DNA from: Octopus bimaculoides
Lineage: Eukaryota
Assembly: GCF_001194135.2 (NCBI RefSeq)
Contig: NC_068983.1
Span: 97,541,489-97,605,488, forward strand
Direction of reading: 5' to 3'
Length of the DNA: 64,000 bases
Shown here: positions 63,520 through 64,000 of the stretch, in pieces
Numbering within the stretch: the first letter of the stretch is position 1
Layout of the letters: the number at the start of each line of letters is the position of its first letter
The notes under the pieces: generated by a model
The model's database searches: none
Seen by the model: the letters and a program-made list of their open reading frames with translations, nothing else
Told to the model about the DNA's origin: nothing
Position numbers and translations under genes: made by a program

Positions 63520-63960
63520 TTTTTATCTCGTTTTAAGAGAGATTGTTCAATGCTTCGAGCTTCAAATGCTTTACATCTATTGTAGATCATTTATTTCCAA
63601 ACCGATCGATATTGCGTCATCTGATCCCAATCTTCAAATTTTACATTAAGAGCCTTAAGATTGCTTTTGACAGTATCCTTAAAACGCTTCTTAGGTTTAT
63701 GCCTCGGACGTTTGCCACGCTGCAGCTCCCCGTAAAACAACTGCTTTGGCAACCTGTCATCCTGCATCCTAGCAAGGTACCCAACCCAATGCATCTGACT
63801 GCATATGAGGCTCTTTTCAATACTGGATGTCTTAGCTTGCTGAAGAACAACAGTGTCTGGTGTTAAAAACTTCGATTTGATGTCTGTGTTTTTCCCGCCC
63901 GTAGTTGCATCATCTATTTGTCTGTATTTGTTTATTGTCGTTCGTTACGATTATATCACG
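63520..63960 (-). mobile_element. RTE (BovB-like) LINE 3' fragment
   Basis: MHWVGYLARMQDDRLPKQLFYGELQRGKRPRHKPKKRFKDTVKSNLKALNVKFEDWDQMTQYRSVWK, a typical RTE C-terminal region. Confidence 0.9.
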
Positions 63961-63967
63961 TATTTGG

Positions 63968-64000
<33 letters not shown>

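Overview
Eukaryotic, AT-rich, microsatellite-dense DNA with many N gaps. The tRNA-derived SINE families and overall architecture look like an octopus or other coleoid cephalopod short-read scaffold; this is an inference, with no database check. No complete protein-coding gene, rRNA, true tRNA or CRISPR array is supported. The window is mostly intronic/intergenic. It holds about 30 SINE copies from 3-4 families, R4/Dong-type (RLE-endonuclease) and RTE LINE fossils, and DNA transposon remains. The latter include a hAT-Buster fossil, several mariner derivatives, a pogo-like deletion derivative with a PHD finger, and fold-back MITEs. There is also a probable solo LTR nested in a SINE. One well-formed plus-strand exon (14963-15030) may carry the start codon and a signal-peptide-like N-terminus of an unidentified host gene. 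The most interesting signals are hand-parsed minimal type-I hammerhead-ribozyme-like motifs. One lies at 12039-12080 inside a 15-bp perfect closing stem. Two more, at 57158-57193 and 60122-60157, share a non-canonical core (CUGUGGA). Also notable are long hairpins, a tandem tRNA-like unit, a 32-bp-period degenerate array and an (AAT)n-associated R4/Dong pile-up. An Illumina adapter is assembled in at 32595-32610. Repeat boundaries are by eye and approximate (about +/-20 bp) unless termini are quoted.
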